Of a stretch of DNA of 64,000 nt, positions 9,948-19,988 are shown one piece after another. A model generated the notes under the pieces. The model did not search any database and was not told the DNA's origin. It saw nothing but the letters and a program-made list of their open reading frames with translations. The stretch lies in NCBI GenBank assembly GCA_963784785.1, contig CAWASW010000007.1:2394-66393 (forward strand), in the 5' to 3' direction. Positions within the stretch are counted from its first letter, which is position 1. Each line of letters starts with the position of its first letter. A program made the translations under genes and the position numbers. This DNA is from Candidatus Woesebacteria bacterium (GTDB taxonomy: Bacteria > Patescibacteriota > Microgenomatia > UBA8517).

Positions 9948-11624
9948 ATGAATAAATCACTTGTGTTTATAGCAACGATTGCTACTTTCGTATTTTTTAG
10001 TCTTTATTTTTCAAAAGATTCTTATGCGTTAGACGATCAGTGTTCACAAATCCCATGCATATGTGAGGGATCTTGCATCAACATTGATCCGTGTATGTAT
10101 GCTAACCCACCTGCCAGTTGTAGAAATGTTGGAGATGGAAGAGCCGCCTATGTATGTCCTACAGGCTATCATCAGACATGTACCACGCCTGAAAAATATG
10201 AGTGTTTACAAACTAAAAACACAAACAATTATACCTGTACAGATGCACCGTATGTAGATGAATATAATACAGACAGGAGATATTCAGATACATGCACTCA
10301 GTATCAATCGTACTGTCAAACTAACTGTTCTTGTTGTGCAATTGGTAGCTCTAGGGTCTGCACACCTGGTGGAACCTATGATTTACCTGCATTAAACGCT
10401 AATGGTTCTTGCAATAATTTTGATACTAAACTTTTTTCATATCTAAATACTAATTATAAAGTGCCACAAGACTGTGAACATGTTTATATAGATGGGGTAT
10501 ACATGTGGGATAAATGCTATATATATCTTACTCGTTGCCAAACACAAAACTGCGCATGTACAGCAAGCTGCACAGATGTTGCACCAAGTAAACCAGTGTT
10601 AGTAACTCCTGCAAATAACGCTACACTATCTGCAACCAGTGTCACCCTTAAATGGAGTTGGCCAGCTGGTTCTATATGGGGGACTAACTGTTCAGGAGCT
10701 ACAAACAGGTTTAAGGTTTACGCGTGGGAAAATGGTAAGGCAGAAGTATTAAAAGCAACATATCAACCGGGAGTCTTACAATATGTTTTTCCTGTTAGTG
10801 GGGGGAAGACATACAATTGGAAAGTTGTTGCAACAAATGGTGCATCGGAGACGATCAGCGACGTTCGACAATTTACAGTTACTACACCAGCAATTCCCAG
10901 TTGGTGGCAAACAAAAGATGGAGACATAACCACTCCAAATGACATATCTTCAGAAATCTATACAGGATATTTGCTAGATGTTGCAGGAAACGGCGGATAT
11001 CCAGGACTACCTGTATATGGTGGGTCATTATCCAAAGGTCAAGGAAATATATCAATCAAACAATGGGAATCAAATGCCTCAATATCTAGCTCAAGAAATT
11101 TTAATTATTCATACTTTTCTAATTTAATTCCATCAGGAACGACTTTAAATAATATTTCTAAACTAGCAACAGGAAATACAGAAGTCTATACAGATGGCTA
11201 TGCGTGGTATAAAGCTTCAGGTGATGTAAACATCTCATCAAATATCGATTTCGGTGGTAGAAAAGTAATTCTATTTATTGAAAACGGAAGTCTCAATGTT
11301 GATGCAAAAATCAATCTAAATGACGGCGCAGGTTTCTTCGCAGTCTTCGCCGCAAAAGACATAAATATTGGAAGCACTGTTTCAGGTAGCCCAGCAATTG
11401 AAGGATTATATCTTGCCGACGGTGATTTTGTAATTGATGCTGCATCTACTCAATTTCATGCAAGAGGCTCTATTACAACCTTTGGAACAATAACAATACA
11501 GAGAAGCCTCGCAAACAATTCAACAGGCCCTTCAGAACTGTTTGAGTTTGCACCTGATCAATTGTTGATGTTTCCTGACAAACTTGGTTACAGAAGGCAA
11601 AGGTGGAGTGAAGTAGCTCCCTAA
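9948..11624 (+). CDS. Secreted Cys-rich protein with Fn3-like domain, probably pilus-associated
   Basis: Signal peptide; Cys-rich N-half; VTLKW..YNWKVVATN; beta-rich C-terminus. Confidence 0.7.
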   Translation: MNKSLVFIATIATFVFFSLYFSKDSYALDDQCSQIPCICEGSCINIDPCMYANPPASCRNVGDGRAAYVCPTGYHQTCTTPEKYECLQTKNTNNYTCTDAPYVDEYNTDRRYSDTCTQYQSYCQTNCSCCAIGSSRVCTPGGTYDLPALNANGSCNNFDTKLFSYLNTNYKVPQDCEHVYIDGVYMWDKCYIYLTRCQTQNCACTASCTDVAPSKPVLVTPANNATLSATSVTLKWSWPAGSIWGTNCSGATNRFKVYAWENGKAEVLKATYQPGVLQYVFPVSGGKTYNWKVVATNGASETISDVRQFTVTTPAIPSWWQTKDGDITTPNDISSEIYTGYLLDVAGNGGYPGLPVYGGSLSKGQGNISIKQWESNASISSSRNFNYSYFSNLIPSGTTLNNISKLATGNTEVYTDGYAWYKASGDVNISSNIDFGGRKVILFIENGSLNVDAKINLNDGAGFFAVFAAKDINIGSTVSGSPAIEGLYLADGDFVIDAASTQFHARGSITTFGTITIQRSLANNSTGPSELFEFAPDQLLMFPDKLGYRRQRWSEVAP

Positions 11625-11631
11625 TTGATTA

Positions 11632-12102
11632 TTAATAATTCCTAGAAATTATTTCCATACTAGTTGAGACAGATCCTTTCTCAACAGACGACGCTGTAGC
11701 ATCTTCAGCTGTCAAACTAACTTTTACCACAGCAGGGCTATTTAAATCAGTCTTAGTGCAGCTAAAAGTGCATCCTGTAACTGATACGTCACCAGAAGAT
11801 AATCTAGATGCTCCAGAGGCAATATAAGAGGAGATACAGCTGAAGGTACTGTCAATGCCTTCCGCTGTTGTATATTTCAAATTAGTTGAAGTTGAAGTAA
11901 CACAATCTACACTTTCAGAATTTCGGATTTGTCTTTCAATTACTGCTAAAGAATAATTTACGTTTTCGCGAACTCTAACTAAAGAATCACTTTTCTTACT
12001 AGATCGTAAAGTCAATGATATTGCACTTGTAGTAAGCACACCAATCACGGCAAATATAAATATCGCTATAAGTAATTCAATTAGACTAAAACCTTTTTTC
12101 AT
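11632..12102 (-). CDS. Type IV prepilin-like protein
   Basis: KKG|FSLIE cleavage/methylation motif. Confidence 0.88.
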   Translation of the reverse strand: MKKGFSLIELLIAIFIFAVIGVLTTSAISLTLRSSKKSDSLVRVRENVNYSLAVIERQIRNSESVDCVTSTSTNLKYTTAEGIDSTFSCISSYIASGASRLSSGDVSVTGCTFSCTKTDLNSPAVVKVSLTAEDATASSVEKGSVSTSMEIISRNY

Positions 12103-12554
12103 ATTTTTTCTCTGATGTCGCTAAAGTTTGTTACAGATTTTGCTTCATGCTTTCCCTTTGAATCAGTCCAAGATGTAGTAACTGTTGCAAGAATTATATT
12201 TTTAGTGTCAATCACACTAGTTATAAAACTTAGGTTTCTAATAAACGAAGTTCCAGTAATAAATTCAGTAGCGCCACAAACTCCAGTATTTGACCAATTT
12301 AAGCTTGGATTATCAAGACAATATGTAGGAGAAGTCAATCTTTCTATAAACCACGCTGAGTCCTTTTCTCTTTCACTTCGTACCCATTCAATAGCCTCCT
12401 GAGAGTATCTACCCGCTAAGGTTTTATTTCTTGAAAAGAGAGAATTAGAAAGCGCAGTAGTAGATAAGGAAACTATACCCACTATAACCATCGAGATTAT
12501 AAAAATGGCGATGACTACCTCAAACATACTTTGGCCAATATTATTTTGTTTCAT
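12099..12554 (-). CDS. Minor prepilin (PilV-like)
   Basis: G|QSMFE plus hydrophobic helix; QEAIE. Confidence 0.8.
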   Translation of the reverse strand: MKQNNIGQSMFEVVIAIFIISMVIVGIVSLSTTALSNSLFSRNKTLAGRYSQEAIEWVRSEREKDSAWFIERLTSPTYCLDNPSLNWSNTGVCGATEFITGTSFIRNLSFITSVIDTKNIILATVTTSWTDSKGKHEAKSVTNFSDIREKI

Positions 12555-13012
12555 TGTATTGCACCTCCAACAGCAACTAGTATTTTGCCGCTAGTCCCAG
12601 AAACGGCGTTTTGAATTGTTAATGTTAGCAAGGAAGCTAAGTCAGTCCCTTGGCCTAAAATTTTAAATTTTACGCTTCCATTTGATATGGTCGTATCCTG
12701 AGGCATAGTTACATCTTTTACAATTGATGTGACAGTGGCAGGGTTTATACATGTAGCAATAATTTGATATCCTGGTCCACTACTAGTAAAAGTATAACTA
12801 TCTAATTTTACACAGGTAACGTCAGATGGCTTTTGGCCAGACAATGAAAGCTGCTGAGCCAACCTTAAATCTGCCTTTACTTGTTTCAATATTCCAGTTA
12901 ATGCCTGCCTCCTTGAAAACTCTCTATATCCTGCAATACCTACACCAAAAACGATAGCAGTAATTGATATAACAATTAAAAGTTCAATTAAAGTATAAGC
13001 CTTATGAATCAT
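12551..13012 (-). CDS. Prepilin (FimT/GspH-like)
   Basis: KA|YTLIE; start at 13012 overlaps upstream stop (ATGA). Confidence 0.85.
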   Translation of the reverse strand: MIHKAYTLIELLIVISITAIVFGVGIAGYREFSRRQALTGILKQVKADLRLAQQLSLSGQKPSDVTCVKLDSYTFTSSGPGYQIIATCINPATVTSIVKDVTMPQDTTISNGSVKFKILGQGTDLASLLTLTIQNAVSGTSGKILVAVGGAIQ

Positions 13013-13449
13013 GGATTTGTGATCTTGTAATTGCAGCCTGAACCACCGCATAAGCTACTTGCGCCACAATCAGAAATTGTTGTTAACTCTTGCTGTTCCA
13101 AAGAACTACACAACATATATCCATTTCCACTTACTTTATAGACGTAACTTCTGCTAGCAGCAATCGGATCGGAGGGTACTGAAGAGATATAAGTATTTGC
13201 TGCAGCGCAACTACCAACCCCCGTGCCGACTAATGCAGAAGTTGCGGCAGGCAACGCAGCAGGGTAACCATTGCAATCAGCTCTATACAATTCGAGACCA
13301 GCTTTAATAGATTCCAAGTCTGATTTTCGTCTTGCATCTCTTGCTGATTCTCTTGCACTAGACAATCCAAAAATAGAAACGGCAACAAGAACTCCAATTA
13401 TGGAAATAACTACTAACAATTCGATTAAAGTGAATCCTTTTTTCATCAT
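13009..13449 (-). CDS. Prepilin (GspG-like)
   Basis: KKG|FTLIE; ARDARRKSDL..LELY..D..GYP. Confidence 0.9.
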   Translation of the reverse strand: MMKKGFTLIELLVVISIIGVLVAVSIFGLSSARESARDARRKSDLESIKAGLELYRADCNGYPAALPAATSALVGTGVGSCAAANTYISSVPSDPIAASRSYVYKVSGNGYMLCSSLEQQELTTISDCGASSLCGGSGCNYKITNP

Positions 13450-13940
13450 AATTGCGTTAAAGTTGGACAAGTACTAGTTGTTGGTGCAGTTAATGATAAT
13501 CCCACTTTCCCATTCGAACAAACAACCATGTAACCAGTTTTTGCTTCCAATTTTGCTGACATAACATATTTTGTAGAAGTAGCTGTACCTGCAGTTCCAG
13601 TATCAGAAACATATTTATATGCGTATGTTGCGTCAGATGCATTTTTAGTATCTCCAGCACAGGCAATATCTGGCTCGAGTTTGCTATTTAGGTATCCGCA
13701 CAAATCAGTTACTGATTTGACGGCTGCATTTGTAGAAGGATATAAACCATTCGTCATATTGCCATACAATTCGAGAGATGTTTGATACTGTTTTAGATCA
13801 GATTTTCTTGCAGAATCTCGTGCTTGTTTTTGTGCTCCACCAAAAGAGACAAGAGCAATAGCTGCTAGTATTCCAATTAAGGAAATAACAACTAGCATTT
13901 CAATTAGAGTAAACCCGTTGTTTTTGTATTTCATATTCAT
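13446..13940 (-). CDS. Prepilin (GspG-like)
   Basis: NG|FTLIE; ARDSARKSDL. Confidence 0.9.
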   Translation of the reverse strand: MNMKYKNNGFTLIEMLVVISLIGILAAIALVSFGGAQKQARDSARKSDLKQYQTSLELYGNMTNGLYPSTNAAVKSVTDLCGYLNSKLEPDIACAGDTKNASDATYAYKYVSDTGTAGTATSTKYVMSAKLEAKTGYMVVCSNGKVGLSLTAPTTSTCPTLTQL

Positions 13941-13967
13941 AAATCTTATATCTTAAATCTTAAATCT
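13940..13967. repeat. Heptamer array TAAATCT x4
   Basis: TAAATCT TATATCT TAAATCT TAAATCT fills the intergenic gap. Confidence 0.85.
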
Positions 13968-13970
13968 AGT

Positions 13971-14381
13971 TTAAGGTTTGACTTCATATTTACAAGTACT
14001 TGCGCAAACTGACGTTGCTACTGTCTGGCACTTATCATCAGATTTATTTTCTAAGCAAGCTCTAAGTATATAGTTATCTGAATCAGTGTATGTATATACA
14101 TAACTCTGGTCAGACAGGGGATCGCTCGGCAATAAATTCATGTATGTAGTCGTCGATCCATCTGTCCATGCAGTACCAAAAGTTAATGAATTTGGGTAGC
14201 TTCCTTTATCATTATAATAAAGCCTTAGAGCTGTTTGAATATTTCTAAGATCAGACTTTCTGGAGGCATCTCTTGCTCTTTCTCTTGCAGAATTCATGTT
14301 AGCAATAACAAGTGTGGCTAAGACGCCAATTAACGAAATTACTACTAATAATTCAATTAAAGTAAAGCCTTTTTTGTTCAT
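13971..14381 (-). CDS. Prepilin (GspG-like)
   Basis: KKG|FTLIE; ARDASRKSDL. Confidence 0.9.
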   Translation of the reverse strand: MNKKGFTLIELLVVISLIGVLATLVIANMNSARERARDASRKSDLRNIQTALRLYYNDKGSYPNSLTFGTAWTDGSTTTYMNLLPSDPLSDQSYVYTYTDSDNYILRACLENKSDDKCQTVATSVCASTCKYEVKP

Positions 14382-14382
14382 A

Positions 14383-14410
14383 CTATTTACTATACGCTAT
14401 ACGCTATTCG
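14383..14410. repeat. Heptamer array CTATACG x4
   Basis: CTATTTA CTATACG CTATACG CTATTCG. Confidence 0.8.
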
Positions 14411-14856
14411 CTTGCACTAGTATTTGCACTAGTTACTGCAAAATTAGGATTCTGATTGCAATTGTTATCTATACAGTCCTTATCCTCTGTGTTCTCAAGT
14501 TTTGCAAATAATCTATATTTTTGATTTGTTGGAGTATCAGGATTTACATAAGTATATGATTGACCGTTTGTTGGGTCAGATGGTAAAACTTTAAAATAGA
14601 TTGTCCCTTTTGAATCTTTAAATTCATTTCCCCAAACGACAGCGTTTGTAGGAGGGTATTTTCCATAATCTGCGCAGTACAGTTCTAACGCATGAGAAAC
14701 TTGTTTCAAATCAGACTTTCGTTGTGCATCTCTTCCTCTCATCTGAGCACTAGTAAAACTACCAAGCCCAACTGCAGCAAGAACACCAATAATAGACATT
14801 ACTATCAAAAGTTCGACTAGTGTAAAACCATTCTTTAATCTAAAATCTTTAATCAT
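14404..14856 (-). CDS. Prepilin (GspG-like)
   Basis: NG|FTLVE; GRDAQRKSDL; leader encoded by heptamer array 14834-14861. Confidence 0.9.
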   Translation of the reverse strand: MIKDFRLKNGFTLVELLIVMSIIGVLAAVGLGSFTSAQMRGRDAQRKSDLKQVSHALELYCADYGKYPPTNAVVWGNEFKDSKGTIYFKVLPSDPTNGQSYTYVNPDTPTNQKYRLFAKLENTEDKDCIDNNCNQNPNFAVTSANTSASE

Positions 14857-14860
14857 AAAT

Positions 14861-15346
14861 CTAGTTTCCTCTTCCATAATTACATATTTTTGTACCACAT
14901 TGCAAGTTTTTATTTACGATTGAAGGGGTGTATTCTGCTTCATCACGACCCTCAAGAGCAATGTATAGTTGATACTTTTTTCCGTCAGAAATGTATAAGT
15001 AGTTTGAGCCGTTTTTGTATTTTGGATCCCTTGGCATAAGGTTAACATTTTCAAATCTAGACTCACCCCACGTGCAGGTAGAAGCGTTTAGTGGATAGCC
15101 AGTTTTAGGGTCAGTAACAGGGTCTGAATTAAAACAACCTACAATGTTACCGTTATCAGAAAGGGGGAACATTCTATATTTTTGGTAATAAGTATCAATT
15201 GATTTCTGTATATATGACATGTCATTCTTCCTGACGCTATCTCTTCCACGTCTAAGCGAAATTGACAAATTGAATCCTGAAACGAAAAACAACACAGTTA
15301 AAATTATTGATATAAACTTAACTTCTAACTTAGTAAATTTTTTCAT
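14861..15346 (-). CDS. Degenerate prepilin
   Basis: KFTKLE lacks Gly-1; RDSVRKND..YP-like body. Confidence 0.75.
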   Translation of the reverse strand: MKKFTKLEVKFISIILTVLFFVSGFNLSISLRRGRDSVRKNDMSYIQKSIDTYYQKYRMFPLSDNGNIVGCFNSDPVTDPKTGYPLNASTCTWGESRFENVNLMPRDPKYKNGSNYLYISDGKKYQLYIALEGRDEAEYTPSIVNKNLQCGTKICNYGRGN

Positions 15347-15348
15347 AC

Positions 15349-15945
15349 TTATTGTTCCACACATTCATTTTCTGGTGCTTGTGGGGTGCCACATGATGTT
15401 AGACACCTAGTTCCAGAATAGTTAATGACACAACTTGGCATACCAGTATTTGGATTAATTACAACAGGTACGCATACTCCACTTTTACAGCCCACATAAT
15501 AATTGGCTGTGTTTTGAATATCCTCAATAGGTGCATTTGGGCTGGAATAAGAAAAGCTAAATGCTGCACTAGGCCCTATACCTTTTCTATAATCAACATC
15601 TGATTCGTTTTGTAAAACTGCAAAAAGTTTATACCATTTAGGACAACTTGATTCTTCCGGTTGATAATAATAGGAAGTTTTGGTTGTAGGGTCACAAGGA
15701 ATTTCGTTTAGATATGGCTTTAAATCAGTTCCGGGCTGGCACGATACAGAAGTGGGGTAGCAGTCTTTATCTTTTTCATATTCTTCAACAGCAATTCCAA
15801 TCCTCTTAACTTCAGTTTTTCTACGAGCATCATAACTTTTAAAGATTTGGGATCGTAAATAAATAGTAGTTAGAACTGCCAAAAAACCAAGTATAGAAAC
15901 AACTATCAGGATCTCAGTCAAGGTCATCCCTTTATTTAATTTCAT
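15349..15945 (-). CDS. Prepilin with Cys-rich C-terminus
   Basis: KG|MTLTE; DARRK..YEKD..YP. Confidence 0.85.
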   Translation of the reverse strand: MKLNKGMTLTEILIVVSILGFLAVLTTIYLRSQIFKSYDARRKTEVKRIGIAVEEYEKDKDCYPTSVSCQPGTDLKPYLNEIPCDPTTKTSYYYQPEESSCPKWYKLFAVLQNESDVDYRKGIGPSAAFSFSYSSPNAPIEDIQNTANYYVGCKSGVCVPVVINPNTGMPSCVINYSGTRCLTSCGTPQAPENECVEQ

Positions 15946-16631
15946 CTGTATATAAATAAAACTATCCAAAAGGCTACAATTAAAAATGGACCGAAGGCGA
16001 TCCTTGTTTTCATCCTAGCCTTCTTTAATAATAGCAATATTGAGGCAACAATTCCACCAATTATAAACGAAAGCATTAGCCAAGATAGTCCATTTGTCAG
16101 GCCAAGCCATATTCCTAAGGCTATTGCAAGCTTAACGTCTCCTAAGCCCATTCCACGGCCAAAGGTAGCTAAATGGATGCTTAGTAAGATTAGCGAGAAT
16201 AGAAACGCAGGAAACATAACAGTGAACAGTGAACTGTGAACCGTAAGCAGTCCCAACAACAAAATAAGCCATGATAGTTCATCAGGAATAAACTGATGCT
16301 CAAGATCGATTATCAAGACAATTAGAGAACTAGTGATTAGTAAATAGTAAACAACAGGAAATGAAAACAAATACAACAAAACAAAACCTAAAGCAGAGAC
16401 CAGTTCAATTAACGGATAGCGAATGGAAATTTTTTTAGAACAACAGCGGGATTTGCCTCTGTAAAATAGATAGGAGAATAGGGGAATATTGTCATACCAA
16501 TACAAATCTTTTTTGCATGAATCACAAAAAGAACGGCCATACACAAAATCAATTTTACGAGGAATACGATAGCTAACAGCAGAAATAAAACTTCCAACTA
16601 GTAAGCCAAAGAGAAATAATAAAAAAATCAT
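15942..16631 (-). CDS. pilD: Prepilin peptidase (A24)
   Basis: RSFCDSC, DNIPLFSY, IDLEH, GMGLGDVKL, AFGPF. Confidence 0.94.
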   Translation of the reverse strand: MIFLLFLFGLLVGSFISAVSYRIPRKIDFVYGRSFCDSCKKDLYWYDNIPLFSYLFYRGKSRCCSKKISIRYPLIELVSALGFVLLYLFSFPVVYYLLITSSLIVLIIDLEHQFIPDELSWLILLLGLLTVHSSLFTVMFPAFLFSLILLSIHLATFGRGMGLGDVKLAIALGIWLGLTNGLSWLMLSFIIGGIVASILLLLKKARMKTRIAFGPFLIVAFWIVLFIYR

Positions 16632-16637
16632 TAGAAG

Positions 16638-17240
16638 TTACTCTGGGATACAGACGTAGCATCCAAGCGTTACCCAGTTTGCCGTCGAAGCATTACAAGA
16701 TGATGTTTCTGTTCTCGCACCTGTCGTGTCACTAAGAGTATAAACCTTGGTATCAGCCACAGCTTTTTCTCTTGTTGATTTGGCTAGAGGTATAAAACAA
16801 GCATATGTTGAAGCTGATGCGCCGGATGCCTTACCTATCATTATCTTCTGATCTGCAGTTCCAGTTGCACCTTTTTTGATAAAGTCTCTATTTTCAAATT
16901 CACTTTTCAATTCATTAGAATTTAATAACGTCCCAGGAGTAGTGCAATTTGCTGCACAAATTCCAACTTCGATATCTGACGCAGTTACAAAGCCAAATGT
17001 ACTTTCTGTTGTATAAGTACTCGTTTGAGTCATCCAAGGAAATTCGGATTTTGCAGCGAAATATCTATCAATCGCAGAAATTAATTGTCCGCCGTCTGCT
17101 TTGAAACGAGTGTCTCTTGCACGGTTAGATTGTTCAATTGGGTTAATTGCGGAAATAACTATTAAGGCGATAGCACCAAGAAGACCAATAACAATTAAAA
17201 GTTCTACAAGTGTGAAACCTCTTTTTGATTGATTTATCAT
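16638..17240 (-). CDS. Prepilin, candidate major pilin
   Basis: KRG|FTLVE; INPIEQ..ARD; has its own upstream region. Confidence 0.88.
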   Translation of the reverse strand: MINQSKRGFTLVELLIVIGLLGAIALIVISAINPIEQSNRARDTRFKADGGQLISAIDRYFAAKSEFPWMTQTSTYTTESTFGFVTASDIEVGICAANCTTPGTLLNSNELKSEFENRDFIKKGATGTADQKIMIGKASGASASTYACFIPLAKSTREKAVADTKVYTLSDTTGARTETSSCNASTANWVTLGCYVCIPE

Positions 17241-17370
17241 ATCTGTATTAACAATATGCTTATTAAAATTTCTTGTCAACTAGTAGTTTTTTTGAAAGGA
17301 TCAACAACTACTATATATAGAGTTATAAACACAATTAACACTGAGATAATTGGAAATAAATAGTCTTTTA

Positions 17371-17457
17371 TCATTTTCGTTTTGCTATAAAATATATTCC
17401 TAATGCAAATAGTGAAGTGATTATCATCGCAAGAAAATATGTAGTTGAGATATCCAT
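17371..17457 (-). CDS. 28-aa single-TM microprotein (MDISTTYFLAMIITSLFALGIYFIAKRK)
   Basis: Starts 4 nt after the stop of ORF 17462-17665; read manually. Confidence 0.5.
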   Translation of the reverse strand: MDISTTYFLAMIITSLFALGIYFIAKRK

Positions 17458-17461
17458 GTTT

Positions 17462-17665
17462 TTATTTTTTAGAAATAAAACTAATTCCTAGACTTAATAA
17501 TACAATACAAATGCCAATAGATCCAGATATTTGTAAAATAAATCGAGGTATATCTAGGACACCAATGAATAATGGGGCGATCACACCGGCCGTGAACCAC
17601 GCGATTGATAATCCATTTAGAAAATCCGACAAATATTTTCGTTGATCGAAATTATATTTTTTCAT
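17462..17665 (-). CDS. Small two-TM membrane protein
   Basis: 67 aa, LSDFLNGLSIAWF; resembles 54953-55153. Confidence 0.65.
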   Translation of the reverse strand: MKKYNFDQRKYLSDFLNGLSIAWFTAGVIAPLFIGVLDIPRFILQISGSIGICIVLLSLGISFISKK

Positions 17666-17669
17666 TTAA

Positions 17670-18875
17670 CTAAAACTGGCTGGTCAAATTATAGATTGGC
17701 AAGATGATTGCAATGACAAGAAAGCCTACTCCAAGGCCCAAAAGCACCATAACAATAGGCTCAATAGCTGCTGTTAGGGTCTTAACTTTTTGATCAGACT
17801 CTGTCTCAAAAACATGGCTTACCTTTGATAGCACTTCTTCCATCTTTCCAGTTTCCTCACCAACAGCAATCATCTGAGACAAGATGAATGGAAAAACATC
17901 AGGATGTTTTGCAAAAGCAAAGGATACAGGGAACCCTTTTTCAACTTGTGAGGAAACATCCTTTAGTGCATTAGAGATAATTACATTATCTACAACTCCC
18001 GCTGTAATATTTAATCCTTCAAGAATAGATACTCCGGCTCCAGTCATTAAAGATAAAGTACTTGTAAGTTCAGTCAAAGCTACTTGTTTTTGCAATGGAC
18101 CAATAATTGGAACTTTATATAGCAATTCATCAGTTTTTAACCTACCTGAAACTGTTTTTCTATATGCTTTAAATCCATAAAAACCGCCTACCAAAACGGC
18201 CAAGGTTACTGGCCAGAATTTTATTACAGCGTCAGAGATACCCATCAATATTCTTGTAGGAAGTGGTAGTGTTGCATTAAATTCCGAATAAAGAGATGTT
18301 AATTTAGGAACGACAAAGATCATCATAATAACAGAGACTATCACCATACCAGTGACAATTATGGCAGGGTAGACAAGTGCACCTTTTACCTTTCCTTTAA
18401 ATTCTTGTTGTTTTTCCAAATCATCAGCAAGACGAACCAAGACAGTATCAAGTACTCCTCCTGCTTCTCCTGATTTTACTAATGCAATATAAGTGGGAGA
18501 GAAAATCTTTGGATGCTTCATGAATGCCTTAGACATAGACTCTCCACCTTCAACATCAGATAAAATTTGTGAAACTACTTTACCCATCGATCCCTTTGCT
18601 TGTGATCTCAAAATTAGTAAAGACTCAGTAACAGGCAGTCCTGCATTTACCATTGTGGCAAATTGGCGAGTAAATGTAGCAATATCAGATGGATTTATTT
18701 TGTCCTTCAAATTACGAATAAAAGTTATTGGATTTTCAAAAGCTACCTTGATAGACAAAACTAAAAGACCTTTACCCCTAACTAGTTTTGCAGCACTAGC
18801 TTCATCCATTGCCTCGACCTCACCCGATACAAGGCTACCTTCTTTATTTTTTGCTTTAAAAACAAAACGTTTCAT
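17670..18875 (-). CDS. pilC: Type IV pilus platform protein PilC
   Basis: FTRQFATMVNAG, GEAGG, ALVYP, GEETG, IEP. Confidence 0.95.
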   Translation of the reverse strand: MKRFVFKAKNKEGSLVSGEVEAMDEASAAKLVRGKGLLVLSIKVAFENPITFIRNLKDKINPSDIATFTRQFATMVNAGLPVTESLLILRSQAKGSMGKVVSQILSDVEGGESMSKAFMKHPKIFSPTYIALVKSGEAGGVLDTVLVRLADDLEKQQEFKGKVKGALVYPAIIVTGMVIVSVIMMIFVVPKLTSLYSEFNATLPLPTRILMGISDAVIKFWPVTLAVLVGGFYGFKAYRKTVSGRLKTDELLYKVPIIGPLQKQVALTELTSTLSLMTGAGVSILEGLNITAGVVDNVIISNALKDVSSQVEKGFPVSFAFAKHPDVFPFILSQMIAVGEETGKMEEVLSKVSHVFETESDQKVKTLTAAIEPIVMVLLGLGVGFLVIAIILPIYNLTSQF

Positions 18876-18878
18876 TGT

Positions 18879-19946
18879 CTATTTGGATCCTCTAACTAGC
18901 CTATTTAATTCTTCTGGTCTTACTGACCACTCTTGAGCGACATCTAATGATATTTGGCCTGATTTAATAAGACTTGCCAATGAATTTTCAAGAGTAGACA
19001 TTCCAGCTTCAAGTGAAGTCTGAATTATGGAATCTATTTGATGAGTTTTTCCATCTCTTATAGAGGTTTTAATAGCATTTGTGCCAAGCATAACTTCATG
19101 AGCAACAACTCTTCCGCCAGCAGTACCTGCAATAAGTCTTTGGGAAAAAACTGCTTCCAAAACGGAGGATAACTGCAGCCTTACTTGATTCTGTTGGTCT
19201 TCAGGAAAAACATCGACTATTCTGTCAATAGTTTGTGCTGCAGAATTAGTATGGAGTGTGGCAAAAACTAAATGACCAGTTTCTGCAATAGTTAATGCCG
19301 CTGATATCGTTTCAAAGTCTCTCATTTCACCAACCAAAACAACGTCAGGATCTTCTCGAAGAACAGAACGAAGTGCCACCTGCCATGAATGGGTATCAGA
19401 TCTCATTTCTCGTTGCGATATTATTGATTTATCTGGTCGAAATACAAACTCAATAGGATCTTCAATAGTTACAATGTGACATGATCTATTTTTATTTATC
19501 TCTTCAATAATTGCTGCAAGTGTCGTCGATTTACCATGTCCAGTTGGTCCAGTTACAAGAACTAATCCTTGTCTTAAATTTGTGAAGCTATGTGCAACTT
19601 TCGGTAATTTTAAGCTATCAAAACTTGGAATTTCTAAAGGGATTCTTCTAAAAGCTGCTGCAAAAGATCCTTTTTGAGTATAGGCATTGACACGGAACCT
19701 AGCTTTTTCGTTAAACGATAAAGAAAAGTCTATCTCCTTATTTACGTTAAGTCTTTCAAACTGTTCACCTGTCAAAATTTTTTTCAATCCTTCTGAAATA
19801 ATTTCAGGCGTTAATATTCCTTCGTTTGGAATACTTTTTAGTTCTCCATCTACTCTAACGGTAGGAGGTACTCCTGCAACCAAATGTAAATCAGATGCAT
19901 TTAAATCGATTTCTGTTTGTAAAAAACTTTTTATATCAATAGCCAT
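18879..19946 (-). CDS. pilT: Pilus retraction ATPase PilT
   Basis: GPTGHGKSTT, TIEDPIE, LREDPD, ETGHLVFATLHT. Confidence 0.95.
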   Translation of the reverse strand: MAIDIKSFLQTEIDLNASDLHLVAGVPPTVRVDGELKSIPNEGILTPEIISEGLKKILTGEQFERLNVNKEIDFSLSFNEKARFRVNAYTQKGSFAAAFRRIPLEIPSFDSLKLPKVAHSFTNLRQGLVLVTGPTGHGKSTTLAAIIEEINKNRSCHIVTIEDPIEFVFRPDKSIISQREMRSDTHSWQVALRSVLREDPDVVLVGEMRDFETISAALTIAETGHLVFATLHTNSAAQTIDRIVDVFPEDQQNQVRLQLSSVLEAVFSQRLIAGTAGGRVVAHEVMLGTNAIKTSIRDGKTHQIDSIIQTSLEAGMSTLENSLASLIKSGQISLDVAQEWSVRPEELNRLVRGSK

Positions 19947-19988
19947 ATTTTTATATCTAATTATTATTCTTGCGCAACTCTTTTGGCA

